A stretch of DNA of 64,000 nucleotides from the NCBI GenBank assembly GCA_040285825.1, contig JAUPSS010000003.1, positions 3,100,001 to 3,164,000 of the forward strand. The letters run 5' to 3'. The DNA is from Eukaryota sp. TZLM1-RC. Its lineage: Eukaryota > Protista > Metamonada: BaSk clade. Each line of letters opens with the position of its first letter. The stretch's first letter is position 1. The notes beneath the pieces are model-generated. The model did not search any database and was not told the DNA's origin. It saw only the letters and a list, made by a program, of their open reading frames with translations. Position numbers and translations under genes: made by a program. Below are positions 60,762 to 64,000 of the stretch, piece after piece.

Positions 60762-62435
60762 CAGTAAACGGTTTAATTAGTCGGGATTTTTTATTAGTCG
60801 GAAATTGTATTAGTCTGGCCCAGGCTAATTTTTATTTACTTGCAGAAAAAGAGACATTAATTTATTCAACACTGAGTCACACAAATTAAATCCCATGGTT
60901 GTAGGATCCCCAATACTAAACGACCTTGCAAGACTCTAAGCACAACGGTCTCCACCGAGTGATGAAAATCAGGTAATAGATCTATAAGACTGAGCACCAT
61001 CTTTTACGGACGATCTTCCCGAAGATTCTGGATACTTTCCTATTTCTCAGTCATTGGATCGAAAACGTGAACCTCAAATGGTGGTTACCCTTTCTGACCA
61101 TTATATTGTTCTTCAATGGATGGAACAATACGTTCTTGACCAAAACAACACTCATCCACCTGGATTTTATGCCCAAACGCTTCGACAGTTTAGTCATCTT
61201 TTCCATCAGGATAATTATAAGTCAAATATTTCCAAAATCTCTGATTGGTGGAAGAAAAGAGACTTGTTTCATTAGAGGTATAAGAAAAGTACAAAAAGCG
61301 CTCGAAATTGAACGTGAAGTTGTATATCATTTAGGAAAAGTTCGTAACTTATTGTCTTCTGGAGAAGTTGATGATGCGCTAGTAGAAAATTTTGACGAGA
61401 CACACTTCGTGTTCAATGTTGACTCTGGTCAAACCTTAGTGGTGAAAGGAGCAAGAGATGTGCGTTTTGCAGACGTCGTGTCAGATACACTCGGTTCCAC
61501 CATGGTTGAGAAATTGACAGGAGGAGTTCGATCAAAGGTTGGCAAAACATTGATCATTTTCCAAAACGAAAAAGAGTCGTATCCGATCCAACGAGTACCA
61601 GATGATTTACCAAACGTGTCATATCGTTTTGCTGCAAAGGGCTTTATGAGAAGAAAAGTATTATCTGAATATTTGCTCTCGAGAAAAGTTAACTTACCTG
61701 ATAGACATGGACGAACCAAGATAATTTATTGTGATAATGCTCCTCGTCACCGAAAAAACGCAGAAATCCGTCACGCTTTACGTCAGTTAAACGCAAAATT
61801 GGTCTATTTGCCAAAGAACGCAACCCACTTAGTACAACCTGCTGATAATTTTGTCATCCAGAAATTAAAATCAACCTGGTTGAAGCTTTGGAACCGAAAG
61901 AAGCGATGAAAGAAGAGAGATAATAGAATCTGGTGAATGGCAGCGATATGGAAAGCTACCAAACCCTGGTAAACACTATTGTTTGGAACTCACCGAAGAA
62001 TGTGTTCACAAGGTCAACCAGTGTAGTGATCCAGATGGTTTGAGCTACACAAGGAAGGCCATGATTTTATGTGGACTCGCCTTAAATACCAATGAGTCAT
62101 GGGAAGTGGAGCAGCTGAAGCCAGAACTCCAGAAAATCGTAGCAAAACACTCTGAAAAGTTCAATGGCAGAAAGCCAGAAACTTGGACAGTGATGGAGAA
62201 TGATTGAGAATAGGTTATAGGTTACAATGGGTATAAAATTTAGGTCTTGAATGTTGTGTTCTAATGAAAAAAATCCCGACTTATTTACTACATGATAAAT
62301 TAGTCTGGTCCAAAGTAATAGAAATAAATGGAATATAGTCGGGATTTAATTGAGTCGGGCCCACAGTAATAGTTATATGGTCGACATCAAAACTATGGAA
62401 ATTAGTCGGGACCAGACTAATTAAACCGTTTACTA
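60762..62435 (+). mobile_element. pogo/Tigger (Tc1-mariner superfamily) DNA transposon with a disrupted DDE_1 transposase
   Basis: 21-bp TIRs (c/t)agtaaacggtttaattagtc flanked by TA; subterminal attagtcgg repeats; NFDET, DNAPRH, LPKNATHLVQPAD. Confidence 0.93.
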
Positions 62436-62509
62436 TACTATCTCAACATTAACCAATTTCTTTGAAGCTGTAGATCTCAGTTTCTGTATTCTCTTACCAC
62501 CATTTCTGA

Positions 62510-63868
62510 ATGAAAGAGACACTTGATATACGTCTCTTTGGGACGATTGTCCTGACTAAGCTGATTCCAACAATATACAAAACGTTTCGTATAAACTTGT
62601 TGGGCAATCTACCAAGTGATTCTGGGGTTAACATCGCGTCACAGGTTGCCTGGCTCGATGTTGCATACGAAATTGTACATGAGTGCCTCATCCTCCCACT
62701 ATTCTTTTTCATTGGAAAGCTCATGAAGCAATCATCGATTGGTCAATGTACAAAGCGTAAGGTCGGAAGTCATCTCCGGTCTATCTACGTTACTGCCGGT
62801 TCAATATATTCAATAATGTCGTTGCTTCTTATTCTATTTATTAGACCCATTCTGCAGATGATGGGACTAAGTGACGAACTTATTCAGGACTCTGTTTCGT
62901 ACATGAGATTTGAGACCATTAGCCTGATGGTCGGAACTCTGCTCAGGATCTCGATCATCGTTCTCATGTTTCTGGACGAGATGCAGGAAAAAGCATTGGG
63001 GTCAACATACCTACTCAAGGTTCTAGTCGTCCAAATGTGCGTCACTGTCGCTGGTGACGCATTTCTCCTGAGAAAAGGAGTGGGATCACTTAATCTTGGT
63101 GTTTTGGCCATTGCTTTCACCAACATTGTTGCCACTAGTGGCTGTCTTGCACTAACGTTTCACTTCCTTCATAGGGAGTCCATCTTGATTTTTCTCAAGG
63201 AACGTTGTCCATTTAAGTGGCAGACCCAGTGGTTCAAGGCTGGCTCTCTTTCAGGAGCCGAGTCCTTTGTGCGCAATATGGCGTTTATGACCATTGTGTT
63301 GCGCTTCATGAATGAATTGAACCATCAGGGAACGTTTTGGTTGGCCAACCACTTTATCTGGTCGTGGCTCTTGTTACCTGTACTATCTCTAGGCGAAGTG
63401 ATCAAGAGAGACATTGGCAAATGTCCCTCAAATGTTTACACCTCCTTCACGTTATACTTGAGATCTACTTTATACATAATTGCTGGGTGGGCAGTCTCTC
63501 TACCTGTATGGAAATGGTTCATGAAAAATGTCATGAACGTGGAGGATGTGAACAGTGTCTTTAATGTAGTGATGCTGTCAGTATCCTTTTATCTTGTTTT
63601 TGCCATCAACAATATCATTGATTCCATGTTCTATGGCATTGGGCGTACCGATCTCATGCTGTATCAAAGTATCCTTACCAATGGAATCGTATATGGATTG
63701 ACATTCTTCCTTTATGTCAAGAACATCTATGAACCAAGCCTTTATTCTGTAGCATTTATATTCGGCATGGGTATTGCAGTAGATAGTGCCATTACCTTTG
63801 CAATGTACTGGTACCTGAAGCCACGTCAAAAGCTAGAACCTAAGTTTGAGGCTAATGTGGCTGTTTAA
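62510..63868 (+). CDS. MATE-family efflux transporter, bacterial-type, intronless
   Basis: About 12 TM helices; ESFVRN; GTFWLANHFIWSWLLLPVLSLGEVIKRD; DSMFYGIGRT. Confidence 0.8.
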   Translation: MKETLDIRLFGTIVLTKLIPTIYKTFRINLLGNLPSDSGVNIASQVAWLDVAYEIVHECLILPLFFFIGKLMKQSSIGQCTKRKVGSHLRSIYVTAGSIYSIMSLLLILFIRPILQMMGLSDELIQDSVSYMRFETISLMVGTLLRISIIVLMFLDEMQEKALGSTYLLKVLVVQMCVTVAGDAFLLRKGVGSLNLGVLAIAFTNIVATSGCLALTFHFLHRESILIFLKERCPFKWQTQWFKAGSLSGAESFVRNMAFMTIVLRFMNELNHQGTFWLANHFIWSWLLLPVLSLGEVIKRDIGKCPSNVYTSFTLYLRSTLYIIAGWAVSLPVWKWFMKNVMNVEDVNSVFNVVMLSVSFYLVFAINNIIDSMFYGIGRTDLMLYQSILTNGIVYGLTFFLYVKNIYEPSLYSVAFIFGMGIAVDSAITFAMYWYLKPRQKLEPKFEANVAV

Positions 63869-64000
63869 CCAGTGTTTTTGTTGAATAAAGGCTGATTTTT
63901 CGGTTTTTGAAGAACTCTCAAATGATAAAGATAGAAAACTTGCTCAATATGTGCTGATTGTCATTTTCAAACTCAAACATCAGGTTTTCATTTTTCCAAA

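Overview
AT-rich, gene-dense eukaryotic (protist-like) DNA in the standard genetic code, with very short GT-AG introns (28-32 nt). Host genes: an ABCC transporter, WDR83-like WD40 protein, DDX6/Dhh1, a condensin CAP-G-like protein, an LtaS/sulfatase-type membrane protein, a doubled glutaminase-ankyrin protein, two paralogous membrane proteins, aspartate aminotransferase, RRP36, Ran, a bacterial-type MATE transporter, and tRNA-Glu, two tRNA-Ala and tRNA-Phe genes. Much of the intergenic DNA is mobile-element debris: three families of RLE-type non-LTR retrotransposons, a full-length chromodomain Ty3/Gypsy element, a gag-only LTR element, and pogo and MULE DNA transposons. The best candidate for a new system is a Fanzor1 (TnpB-like RNA-guided nuclease) family present in three copies. 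All three share a structured right end (candidate omegaRNA scaffold) followed by different flanks (candidate guides). The long, decayed copy (about 25.9-29.5 kb) reads as 2A-like peptide, then a PolB-type DEDDy 3'-5' exonuclease, then Fanzor1, with the exonuclease/Fanzor junction in one open frame. None of the three copies has the canonical RuvC-III Asp. Also notable: a covarying RNA-hairpin array in the Gypsy leader, and a palindromic non-tRNA primer-binding region shared by two otherwise unrelated LTR elements. All protein calls are motif recognition by eye; no database searches were run.
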